From contig NZ_LT934425.1 in the NCBI RefSeq assembly GCF_900232105.1, positions 1,080,001-1,112,000 of the forward strand: a stretch of 32,000 nt of DNA, in the 5' to 3' direction. This DNA is from Candidatus Kuenenia stuttgartensis. GTDB taxonomy: Bacteria > Planctomycetota > Brocadiia > Brocadiales > Brocadiaceae. The stretch's first letter is position 1. Every line of letters begins with the position of its first letter. This document shows, piece after piece, positions 1 to 8,000 of this stretch. Below the pieces are notes generated by a model. The model worked only from the letters and a program-made list of their open reading frames with translations, was not told the DNA's origin and made no database searches. The translations under genes and the position numbers were made by a program.

Positions 1-984
1 CTCGTCAGCGGCGCATGAATCATGTTCTGTCCCTTTAATCCTGACAGGATGAAACCCTGCGGCATGAATAATTTCTACCGGGGTATAAGAACAAAAATAT
101 CCGATCTTGGGCAAATTGCTTTCTTCAATGGAAAAATCCGCGATAGAAGTTTCAAGTAAACTTTTGCTGTTGTCAGATCCTGACAGCGACACAGAGACGT
201 TGCTTTGCGCCTGCGCTTTTTCCAGCGCTATTAACGCCGCCCCAAGCGCACCGTTAATTTGCGGCTCTCCTGAGATTTCAATTTTGCAGCCCAGGTTTTT
301 TTCCAGCTCCGTTACTACGCCAATATTTTTAGCAACGCCGCCTGTCATGGCAACCTTTTGTTCCAACCCTACCCGTTTTACTTGTGCGGTAATACGTTTT
401 GCGATTGAAATATGCAGTCCACGGCAAATATCCGCCGTTTTGTGGTCGGCGCCAATAAGCGATACAACCTCCGATTCTGCAAAAACGGTACAAAGGCTAC
501 TCACGGAAACGTTATCTTTTCCGTGCAGGGAAATCTCTCCCATCTCCTCCAGCTCAATTTCCAGTGTTCTTGCCATAACTTCCAGAAAGCGGCCGGTACC
601 GGCGGCGCACTTGTCGTTCATAACAAAATCAAGTACATTGCCATTTCCATCGATTTTGATAACCTTACTGTCCTGTCCGCCAATATCAATAATTGTCCTG
701 GCGTCAGGAAAGTAATAATTTGCACCTTTTGCATGGCAAGTGATTTCCGTTATTACTTCATTGGCAAAAGGAACTTTTACGCGCCCATAGCCTGTGGCTA
801 CGATATAGTTAATATCTTTTTCTGTAAGATTATGCTCTGTAAATATTTGTTGAAGGGTTTTTTCCGCAGCTTTTTTACTGCTTGCACCGGTTGCGATGAT
901 TGTTGCAGAAAGGATCTCCTTCTTATCATTTAAAAGAATTCCATTGGTTGACATAGAACCAATGTCTATTCCGATAGTATACAT
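1..984 (-). CDS. BadF/BadG/BcrA/BcrD-type (R)-2-hydroxyacyl-CoA dehydratase activase, apparently fused to a C-terminal HgdB/BcrC-like dehydratase domain (truncated by window start)
   Basis: Not in the ORF track because it runs off the edge; I translated the minus strand from ATG 984-982 (SD-like AGGAG at about 995). N-terminus MYTIGIDIGSMSTNGILLN, DIGGQDSK, and CAAGTGRFLE are typical activase ATPase motifs. The same frame continues into ...IEESNLPKIGYFCSYTPVEIIHAAGFHPVRIKGTEHDS, resembling the start of an HgdB/BcrC-type component. Confidence 0.85.
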   Translation of the reverse strand, partial: MYTIGIDIGSMSTNGILLNDKKEILSATIIATGASSKKAAEKTLQQIFTEHNLTEKDINYIVATGYGRVKVPFANEVITEITCHAKGANYYFPDARTIIDIGGQDSKVIKIDGNGNVLDFVMNDKCAAGTGRFLEVMARTLEIELEEMGEISLHGKDNVSVSSLCTVFAESEVVSLIGADHKTADICRGLHISIAKRITAQVKRVGLEQKVAMTGGVAKNIGVVTELEKNLGCKIEISGEPQINGALGAALIALEKAQAQSNVSVSLSGSDNSKSLLETSIADFSIEESNLPKIGYFCSYTPVEIIHAAGFHPVRIKGTEHDSCAADE

Positions 985-1009
985 AACTATAAAATCTCCT
1001 ATTTTAAGA

Positions 1010-1399
1010 TTATTCCGTTTCTGGTTTCGGCGGTATGGTGCTGACCCAAATATTTACAACAAAGAAGCCTATGGCAATGACTTCGATACCGGCAAAAATT
1101 TCTACCAGGGGATGAAGCGGGCGAAAGCAGACTAAACCTACAAGCCCGATATTTGCAAGATAGAATTGAAGTGTGCCTATTTTAGGATAGGCGAGAGGCC
1201 TGCCGGTAAATCTGGGCAGTATATGATATCCAACACCAAAGATCATCATGGACATCCATCCCAAAAGGTTTAAATGTACATGAGAAAACAATAATTGAGC
1301 GGGATAGCTTTTCATGGATATCATAACGGTACCAAGTATTGCCGCTATAAAAAAATAAACCAGGCTTGCCCGAAGAAAATTTTTCGAAAGAGGACTCAT
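1010..1399 (-). CDS. Small (129 aa) multi-TM protein resembling part of heme-copper oxidase / NorB-like subunit I
   Basis: ORF with TM segments and the motifs HVHLNLLGWMSMMIFGVGYHILPRFTGRPL, typical of cbb3/NorB-like subunit I fragments. Confidence 0.55.
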   Translation of the reverse strand: MSPLSKNFLRASLVYFFIAAILGTVMISMKSYPAQLLFSHVHLNLLGWMSMMIFGVGYHILPRFTGRPLAYPKIGTLQFYLANIGLVGLVCFRPLHPLVEIFAGIEVIAIGFFVVNIWVSTIPPKPETE

Positions 1400-1624
1400 T
1401 TATCAAAAGCTCCTTTTTAAGAAAGTTGTTGATTTAAAAGAACTTAAATCAAATTTATAAAGAACCTAACAAAAAGGGTAAGAATATATAAAAAATATGG
1501 ATTGTCAAACAAAAAATTATTGTTACATAGTAATACTTAAGATTACAAGCGTGACCCAAAAGTATGTTCAAAAGGTCAATTGCCCTGTCGAATCGTGTTA
1601 TAAAATATCGTGTATGGTGCGTGA

Positions 1625-2209
1625 TCAATTCGGGGGGATTTCTTCTTTTTTCTGAGTAACTTCTTTTTCCGGAGTCGCTTCTTTTTTCTTTTGCGTTTTT
1701 AGTTCCTCAATTTTTTCCGCATAGGAGCGTACTTTATTCGCTACGCTTTCAGGAATAATTGTAACCAATCTTTGCATACCTTTTCCTATGGGGGCTGCTA
1801 TTTTTGAGGTATTCACCCTATCGCGTGTTGATTCACTGCAGAATAATAAAACGCCAAAGATAATTACTCCGCAAAAGAGAACCCCTTTAAAAATCCCCAA
1901 AAAACCACCGAAAAACCTCGACCCAACAGATATGCCGCTTTTATTGATAACGATTTTTAACAGATTTGTAATAAAACACGTTACGGCTAAGATTACTCCG
2001 AAAATGGTAAAATAACTCAATAAATCCGTAACAGATTGAGACAGAATGCCTTTCAGGATATTGCTAATTACTCCGTGGAAGAAAAAAGCGGCAAAGAAAG
2101 AGATGAGCAGGCATCCTATTCTGAGAAACTGCATTACAGGGCCGCTGACAAATCCAAATAGTATTGCAAAAAACAAAACACCAAAAATCGAATAATCAAT
2201 CCATATCAT
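1625..2209 (-). CDS. CvpA family membrane protein
   Basis: Four hydrophobic segments; N-terminus IDYSIFGVLFFAILFGFVSGPVMQFLRIGCLLISFFAAFFF resembles CvpA; charged K/E-rich tail; 4-nt overlap with the upstream gene. Confidence 0.75.
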   Translation of the reverse strand: MIWIDYSIFGVLFFAILFGFVSGPVMQFLRIGCLLISFFAAFFFHGVISNILKGILSQSVTDLLSYFTIFGVILAVTCFITNLLKIVINKSGISVGSRFFGGFLGIFKGVLFCGVIIFGVLLFCSESTRDRVNTSKIAAPIGKGMQRLVTIIPESVANKVRSYAEKIEELKTQKKKEATPEKEVTQKKEEIPPN

Positions 2210-3342
2210 TTATGGCCATTCCCTGCCTTTCTTTCCTTCTTTACTTCCTTATTTGTACGTAAGAAATCATTTGCGATACCCCTGACAAGTTGTTCCACGT
2301 TTTCCTGAGAGAGTTTTATTGAAATCTTCGGGTCATTTATGTCGCCGCGTATCTCCAATGGGATGGCATTTTGCCTGAAAACAATCCCTGTAATCTTTTC
2401 TATGCCCTTGTTTACGAATCTTTCATTCACCGTGACATTTGCTTTATAAAATAGTTTTCCTCCGAATTCTATCATGCCTGATACCTCCATCTTTAATAGC
2501 TGACTATCAACGATTACTTTTGGGGTATACATTGTTTCCTCCTCGATCAGCACTTCTGTTTCTAATAAATCAAAAGAATAGCGGTCGTCGATGGTAATAA
2601 TATCTGACAAAGCAGAAAAAAGCACATTGCTTTTAACATAGCCGTTCCGGACGCTGAGGGTAAAGCGGCCTTTAATATCTTTGCTTGGGATATTCCCGCC
2701 AAACCCTTTTCCACTCAGATGTCCTTCAATGCTCAGAATGCCACCTGCTTCGCTTCCATCCTTTTTAAATAAAGGCAAATCACGGAGCACAGGCATTTCT
2801 TGTGTTATGTAAACATCATGCGCTTTGATTGTTATATTAAATTCCGGCATATCTCTTTTGAGTTCCATAACGCCGTGAAGATATGTTTTGCCGCCATTTG
2901 CTTTGAATTGCACATGAGTAGTTATCTCGTTATCTTTAAGAGAAAGTGTATCGGTAAACAAGTCTTCAATCAATAAACTATTTTCGTAGTTTATTTGTTT
3001 AACCTCAATTTTTTCAAAAATAACCTGATTCCATAAGAGGGGAAACAGCTTTAATGTACCCTGTATGTCATCAAACTGTGTTGTAGTTTCCGGGTCATTG
3101 TTTTGCTTTTGCAGAATAATAAGAGAAATACGGATTTGATTCGGCCAGTGATATGATACCGTGCCTGTTTGAGCGGAAGAAGGAAGTTTGTTTTCCAGCA
3201 AGAGAACGACTTTTTGCGTGATGCTTTTTTCAAAGAGAAGAGTGGGAAATACGAAAATGGAAATAGCAACAACAAGAGCTGTTAAACAGAAAGAAATTAC
3301 CAACCATTTTATCCATAATACTTTTTTCTTCTGCATTTGCAT
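2206..3342 (-). CDS. YdbH/AsmA-like (DUF748-type) membrane-anchored protein
   Basis: N-terminal TM anchor followed by beta-rich repeats (LKLFPLLWNQVIFEKIEV..., VSGMIEFGGKLFYKANVTVNE..., IPLEIRGDINDPKISI), typical of AsmA-like proteins. Confidence 0.5.
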   Translation of the reverse strand: MQMQKKKVLWIKWLVISFCLTALVVAISIFVFPTLLFEKSITQKVVLLLENKLPSSAQTGTVSYHWPNQIRISLIILQKQNNDPETTTQFDDIQGTLKLFPLLWNQVIFEKIEVKQINYENSLLIEDLFTDTLSLKDNEITTHVQFKANGGKTYLHGVMELKRDMPEFNITIKAHDVYITQEMPVLRDLPLFKKDGSEAGGILSIEGHLSGKGFGGNIPSKDIKGRFTLSVRNGYVKSNVLFSALSDIITIDDRYSFDLLETEVLIEEETMYTPKVIVDSQLLKMEVSGMIEFGGKLFYKANVTVNERFVNKGIEKITGIVFRQNAIPLEIRGDINDPKISIKLSQENVEQLVRGIANDFLRTNKEVKKERKAGNGHK

Positions 3343-3385
3343 ATTTGTGTGAAAAATTGGTCATGAGTCATTAGTCAATTGTAAT

Positions 3386-3406
3386 GGGCAACCACAAGGA
3401 ACGCCC
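3386..3406. repeat. Short GGGC...GCCC palindromic intergenic element
   Basis: gggcaaccacaaggaacgccc in the apgM / YdbH-like intergenic region; imperfect hairpin. Confidence 0.5.
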
Positions 3407-3427
3407 CTACTTGCGACGAATTTTTTA

Positions 3428-3451
3428 AATCTGTGTAATCTGTGGTTCCTC
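3428..3451 (+). repeat. 24-bp intergenic repeat, copy 1
   Basis: aatctgtgtaatctgtggttcctc, identical to 7431-7454. Confidence 0.85.
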
Positions 3452-3468
3452 TTTTATACTTCGTAAAA

Positions 3469-4695
3469 TTATGCACCTGTTAAAGGGAGTTTCCCGAAAA
3501 GATTAAGTACCTGAGGCATTATGTCCATTCCGGTAATAATACCCATACCTCCCCGTGTACAATCCCGCTCATTAAACGCAGCGACCTTGTCTACCCGAAC
3601 ACCGGTTCCGCGAAAAATGATGGGGATTGGATCACCCGAATGGCTTTTCAATGCACAAGGGGTTGAATGATCTCCGGTTATTATTAATAATGTATTTTCC
3701 GATGTTTCATGAAAAAGCCTCGCCGCGTGGTCGATCTTTTCGATAAATTCTTTTTTACCTCTGAAATTTCCATCTTCTCCGAAAGAATCTGCGGCTTTTA
3801 CATGTACAAAAACAAAATCGTAATGCTTCAGGTTGCTGATTGCCGCCATGAATTTAGCTTCAATATCGGTGTCCGGCAGGCCTGTTGCGCCGGGGACGTC
3901 AATAACATCCATTCCCAGGTAAGCGGCAACTCCCTTATACAACCCACCTCCTGCTATACAACACCCTGAGAAAGCATAACGTTCTTTAAAGCAGGGAACC
4001 TCTTTGTATTGTCCTGCACCGCGCACTAACAGATAGTTCGCCAACAATTCTCCTTTTTTTCGTCTTTCTTCGTTTAAAGGGTGTTTTTGGAGAATTTCCC
4101 ATGCCTTTTTCAAAAAAACATTCAATATTCGCGCGGTATGTTTTGCTTCAATAGACTCATCTAAAGGGGTAACTTCCCTTACAGGGACGTCCGGTTTGTG
4201 CGGATCGGCATCAATAATGGCACTGGAAAGGCCTTTCCCTCTCATTACCACAGCCGCACGATGGCCGGTTCCAGGTTTAACGAGAAATGTAACGCCGTCG
4301 ATTTCTATGCCATCCAGCGCCTGTGCTAACGGTGCTACCCCCCTGATTCTGCCTGCCCTGCGGTCTTTAATAATAAAATTTTCGTCTACCGTGCCGAAAT
4401 TTCCACGCAGGGCAACGTCGCCTTCCTGTAATTTCATACCAACGCCGGTCACCTCTATTGTTCCGCGTCCTGAATAATATTCTCTATAATCATAGCCTAG
4501 TATGTTGAGATGTGATGTGTCGCTGCCAGGCACACAACCACGGCCCAAGCTGTACATCATTCCGCATTCAGATTCGGAAGCCAGTTTGTCCATGTTTGGC
4601 GTTTTTGCCGCTTCCAGTGGGGTTAAATTGCCAAGATCTTTTATTGGACGGTCTCCCAGTCCATCGCAGATGACTAAAATAACTTTTTCCAACAT
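3469..4695 (-). CDS. apgM: 2,3-bisphosphoglycerate-independent phosphoglycerate mutase, archaeal type
   Basis: MLEKVILVICDGLGDRP..., PGSDTSHLNILGYD, FVFVHVKAADSFGEDG, LLIITGDHSTPC motifs of the ApgM / alkaline phosphatase superfamily. Confidence 0.93.
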   Translation of the reverse strand: MLEKVILVICDGLGDRPIKDLGNLTPLEAAKTPNMDKLASESECGMMYSLGRGCVPGSDTSHLNILGYDYREYYSGRGTIEVTGVGMKLQEGDVALRGNFGTVDENFIIKDRRAGRIRGVAPLAQALDGIEIDGVTFLVKPGTGHRAAVVMRGKGLSSAIIDADPHKPDVPVREVTPLDESIEAKHTARILNVFLKKAWEILQKHPLNEERRKKGELLANYLLVRGAGQYKEVPCFKERYAFSGCCIAGGGLYKGVAAYLGMDVIDVPGATGLPDTDIEAKFMAAISNLKHYDFVFVHVKAADSFGEDGNFRGKKEFIEKIDHAARLFHETSENTLLIITGDHSTPCALKSHSGDPIPIIFRGTGVRVDKVAAFNERDCTRGGMGIITGMDIMPQVLNLFGKLPLTGA

Positions 4696-4820
4696 TTTTC
4701 TGATACTCCTTTAATGTATAGATTTTCAAATCAATACGGAATGGGGAAAGAATGGGATAAAAATGCCTTTACACACCCAAGCTCCTCTTTTTAGTACTTT
4801 ATCAGTAATTTCTTTGTACC

Positions 4821-4930
4821 GGCTCGAAAATAAGAATACAAAAAATAGTTTAAGTACAGATACTACAACATGATATGGTTATAAAACCATTTTCATCGTT
4901 TCTGGGTGTTGCAAATGAAACATGATGACT
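4821..4930 (+). repeat. 110-bp dispersed repeat, copy 1
   Basis: ggctcgaaaataagaatacaaaaaatagtttaagtacagatactacaacatgatatggttataaaaccattttcatcgtttctgggtgttgcaaatgaaacatgatgact; near-identical to 5276-5385 and to the reverse complement of 7816-7925. Confidence 0.9.
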
Positions 4931-4962
4931 GGTGACTTATTTTGTCATTACAAGGGTATCCG

Positions 4963-4995
4963 CTTGTCATTGCGAGGGTCTTTTCCGAAGCAATC
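4963..4995 (+). repeat. 33-bp inverted repeat, left arm
   Basis: cttgtcattgcgagggtcttttccgaagcaatc, exact reverse complement of 5151-5183. Confidence 0.95.
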
Positions 4996-5150
4996 TCATA
5001 AACCGTCATAGAGATCCTTCCATCCTGCATTCATTCCATTAATTAATTCTATTTTTAATTAATTCTATTTTTTTAGCCCTTGAGCCACCCTTAATTTGCT
5101 TCTCCCGCGATATGACGTTTCTTACGTCACGAAATATCTCGTAGTATACT

Positions 5151-5183
5151 GATTGCTTCGGAAAAGACCCTCGCAATGACAAG
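5151..5183 (-). repeat. 33-bp inverted repeat, right arm
   Basis: gattgcttcggaaaagaccctcgcaatgacaag, exact reverse complement of 4963-4995. Confidence 0.95.
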
Positions 5184-5218
5184 CTGAGACCCCCATGCAA
5201 TAATGACAAGCTGAGACC
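5175..5218 (+). repeat. 17-bp direct repeat pair (aatgacaagctgagacc)
   Basis: Exact copies at 5175-5191 and 5202-5218. Confidence 0.85.
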
Positions 5219-5275
5219 TTTTGGATGGCCCTATACATTTGAACCGGTACAGAAACAGAAATGCCAGATGTTTCC

Positions 5276-5385
5276 GACTCGAAAGTAAGACTACAAAAAA
5301 TAGCTTGAGTACATATACTACAACACGATCTGGTTATAAAACCATTTTCATCGTTTCTGGGTGTTGCAAATGAAACATGATGACT
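5276..5385 (+). repeat. 110-bp dispersed repeat, copy 2
   Basis: gactcgaaagtaagactacaaaaaatagcttgagtacatatactacaacacgatctggttataaaaccattttcatcgtttctgggtgttgcaaatgaaacatgatgact; same length and direction as copy 1. Confidence 0.9.
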
Positions 5386-5399
5386 TTTTGGCAAAATAT

Positions 5400-5969
5400 T
5401 TAATGGGAAATATCTATTTGGGAATAGGCTAAAACCCCTTCTTTGTACAAATCGTTTCCATAAATATCATTTGCGACAATTGCCGGAAAATTTTCAACCT
5501 CTAATTTCCTGATTGCTTCCGCTCCTAAATCTTCGTATGCAACTACTTCCATTCTTTTTACCGATTGCGCCAGCAATGCAGCAGCCCCTCCTGTAGCAAC
5601 AAGATAAACAGCCTTATATTTTTTCATGGCTTCCAGCACCTCTTCCGACCGATTCCCTTTGCCTATAGTTGCCTTTAGCCCCAGTGACAATAATAGTGGT
5701 GTATATTTATCCATACGGTAGCTTGTGGTTGGTCCGCACGACCCGATTGGCATACCCGGCGGAGCAGGGCTAGGCCCTGTGTAATAAATGATCTGGTTTT
5801 TTATATCAAATGGCAGTTCCTTGCCCTGATCGATGAGGTTTGCAAGCCTTTTGTGCGCGGCGTCTCTTGCAGTGTAAAGTATGCCGCTGATCATGACCTT
5901 ATCTCCTGCCTTTAGTTGTTCGATAATGGCATCTGATAAGGGTGTGTTTATCGGTATAATATTTGTCAT
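5400..5969 (-). CDS. Fumarate hydratase class I, beta subunit (C-terminal type)
   Basis: MTNIIPINTPLSDAIIEQLKAGDKVMISGILYTARDAAHKRL, IYYTGPSPAPPGMPIGSCGPTTSYRMD, YLVATGGAAALLAQSVK. Start set at ATG 5969, which overlaps the upstream stop (ATGA); the track ORF begins too far upstream. Confidence 0.93.
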   Translation of the reverse strand: MTNIIPINTPLSDAIIEQLKAGDKVMISGILYTARDAAHKRLANLIDQGKELPFDIKNQIIYYTGPSPAPPGMPIGSCGPTTSYRMDKYTPLLLSLGLKATIGKGNRSEEVLEAMKKYKAVYLVATGGAAALLAQSVKRMEVVAYEDLGAEAIRKLEVENFPAIVANDIYGNDLYKEGVLAYSQIDISH

Positions 5970-6832
5970 AATCGTTTGCTCCCCAGTATTGCAATTTTTA
6001 CCCGATGAGAATGGCAGTCTATATTGACTGCCACAGGCAGGCTTGCAATGTGACAAGGGTGACTCTCCACGTGTACTGCCAGGGTAGTTATCATACCGCC
6101 CAGTCCTTGAGCGCCGATTCCCAGATGATTTATTTTATACAGAAGTTCTTTCTCCAATTGCGCCGTTTCAGGATTTTTATTCTCCGAACCTACCTGACGC
6201 AACAGGGCCTTTTTCGCTAAAAGGGCGGCATAATCAAAGGTACCACCTATTCCCACTCCTACAATAATTGGAGGACATGGATTCGCCTTTGCTTTCTCCA
6301 CAGTTTCCACGACAAAATGAACAACTCCCTCACGTCCTTCCGCAGGTGTGAGCATGGCAATCCTGCTCATATTTTCGCATCCGCCCCCCTTTGCCATGAA
6401 AGTAATCTTCAGATGATTATTGGGTACAAACTCTGTATGAATAATAGCCGGGGTGTTATCATTCGTATTCACCCGTGTGAGGGGGTCTGCTACGATAGAT
6501 TTTCTCAAAAACCCCTCTTTGTATCCTTTACGCACCCCAGCATTGACTGCATCGTGGAGTCGTCCGCCGGCAATTTCTACATTTTCTCCAACTTCTAAGA
6601 AAACAATTGCAACGCCGGTATCCTGGCATAAGGGCATTTTATTTTCATGCGCGATCCTTGAGTTTTCCAATAATTCGGAAAGAATTTCTTTTGCGACAGG
6701 TGATGCTTCTTTTTCACTGGCAAGCGCCAGGGCATTGACCACGTCACTTCCCAAATTGAAATTTGCGTCCTGGCAAAGCCTGGAAACTGTCTCTGAAATT
6801 TCCGATGCGTTAATCCTGATAGGTGTACCCAT
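5966..6832 (-). CDS. Fumarate hydratase class I, alpha subunit (N-terminal type)
   Basis: KMPLCQDTGVAIVFLEVG, FTPNNHLKITFMAKGGGCENMSR, CPPIIVGVGIGGTFDYAALLAKKALLR, HLGIGAQGLGGMITTLAVHVESHPCHIASLPVAVNIDCHSHR. Confidence 0.95.
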   Translation of the reverse strand: MGTPIRINASEISETVSRLCQDANFNLGSDVVNALALASEKEASPVAKEILSELLENSRIAHENKMPLCQDTGVAIVFLEVGENVEIAGGRLHDAVNAGVRKGYKEGFLRKSIVADPLTRVNTNDNTPAIIHTEFVPNNHLKITFMAKGGGCENMSRIAMLTPAEGREGVVHFVVETVEKAKANPCPPIIVGVGIGGTFDYAALLAKKALLRQVGSENKNPETAQLEKELLYKINHLGIGAQGLGGMITTLAVHVESHPCHIASLPVAVNIDCHSHRVKIAILGSKRL

Positions 6833-7361
6833 ATCGAATCGCCCTTATATTTTCATCAAAGAATTGCGACGGAAAGACGGTGTTAAAGTTTATAGTCTCA
6901 ATATTAATTCCGATTTTTTGTAATAACTTGCCCAAGGCAATCATATTAACAAAAACAGGGCTGTTAAAGCATTCTGTAGCAATTTTTCCAAAAGGGATTC
7001 TGTCACTTTCAGGACAGTGTAAATCACACTCTTTACCCTCTGTTCCGCATGCAGCGGATTCAATAAGAACATATTTTGCCTTGACCGTAGTATCGAGTAT
7101 GCTTGAAAGCTGAAGCGCAATATCTGCTTCTTCAAAAAAAGGGACTTCGATAGGTTCGTCGGAATAAGTAATCTCTGCTTTGATATTGCCGCTGCGGACA
7201 GCCGCATCATAAACAAGATTAAGGGCAACTTCTTTTCCTGATTTAGCAAGGATATTTGCCAGAATATGCGCCATAAGCTTAATGCCCTGGCCGGCTTCAC
7301 CTGCCAGTATGATTTTTTTTGTACGGTGTTCACCGGGAATGGATGTAATTTTCTTTACCAT
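6810..7361 (-). CDS. 2-oxoacid:ferredoxin oxidoreductase gamma subunit (PorG/KorC-like)
   Basis: KIILAGEAGQGIKLMAHILANILAKSGKEVALNLVYDAAVRSGNIKAEITYSDEPIEVPFFEEADIALQLS is a typical gamma-domain signature. The 3' end overlaps the fumarase alpha start. Confidence 0.85.
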   Translation of the reverse strand: MVKKITSIPGEHRTKKIILAGEAGQGIKLMAHILANILAKSGKEVALNLVYDAAVRSGNIKAEITYSDEPIEVPFFEEADIALQLSSILDTTVKAKYVLIESAACGTEGKECDLHCPESDRIPFGKIATECFNSPVFVNMIALGKLLQKIGINIETINFNTVFPSQFFDENIRAIRYGYTYQD

Positions 7362-7430
7362 GAAAACAACGCCAACTCCAAAAAAATTTTTAATGGTGAA
7401 ATACGAATATTTAGTTTTTTAATCTGTGCA

Positions 7431-7454
7431 ATCTGTGTAATCTGTGGTTCCTCC
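7431..7454 (+). repeat. 24-bp intergenic repeat, copy 2
   Basis: aatctgtgtaatctgtggttcctc, identical to 3428-3451. Confidence 0.85.
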
Positions 7455-7815
7455 TTTCGTATTTCCTGCTTGTTTGGTTCTGGCTATGCCAGCTTAGGAT
7501 TTTAGATAAATTATGTTATCTTGTCAAAAAAATACTTGTGTGCAAAACAAATAGTAAATGATTAATTTTTCAACACCCTGTCCGCTTTTGCCCCAAATAA
7601 AATGATTGCATTTTGATTGTTTTTTTATGGCCACTTACAGCCCACCTATATCTTTCTTATTACTAAGTACTTACATTTGAATATGTTAAAAATATTAAAA
7701 GTTTTCATTGGCATATATATTGCGTATTTATGAGTGAACATTGATAAAACAATGGTTAAGGTGTTTTCGATTGGGCATCTGGCAACAGTATCTTTAAGCA
7801 ATCAATATTCTAAGC

Positions 7816-7925
7816 AGTCATCATGTTGCATTTGCAATACCCGGAAACGATGAAAATGGTTTTATAGCCATATCATATTGCGGTACCTGTGTTTGAGCTA
7901 TTTTTTGTAGTCTTATTTTCGAGCC
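7816..7925 (-). repeat. 110-bp dispersed repeat, copy 3 (inverted)
   Basis: Reverse complement reads ggctcgaaaataagactacaaaaaatagctcaaacacaggtaccgcaatatgatatggctataaaaccattttcatcgtttccgggtattgcaaatgcaacatgatgact. Confidence 0.88.
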
Positions 7926-8000
7926 AGATAACATGTATCTATTAGAATACGTTTAATAAATTTGAATTCTATTGTATAAATATTAAGGGAATACATATCT

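Noticed and set aside
107-933. Plus-strand ORFs 107-715 and 412-933
   Set aside because: Antisense to the clear activase/dehydratase reading frame; their translations show no recognisable domains.
1182-1406. Minus-strand 74 aa ORF overlapping the HCO-like gene
   Set aside because: Alternate-frame shadow of 1010-1399 with no domain features.
4821-5385. Possible CRISPR-like array from the repeated units
   Set aside because: Only two direct copies of a 110-bp unit with about 345 bp between them; no regular short spacers and no cas genes.
5122-5394. Minus-strand 90 aa ORF (MPKSHHVSFATPRN...)
   Set aside because: Lies entirely within the IR arm, 17-bp repeats and 110-bp repeat; composition looks like translated intergenic repeat.
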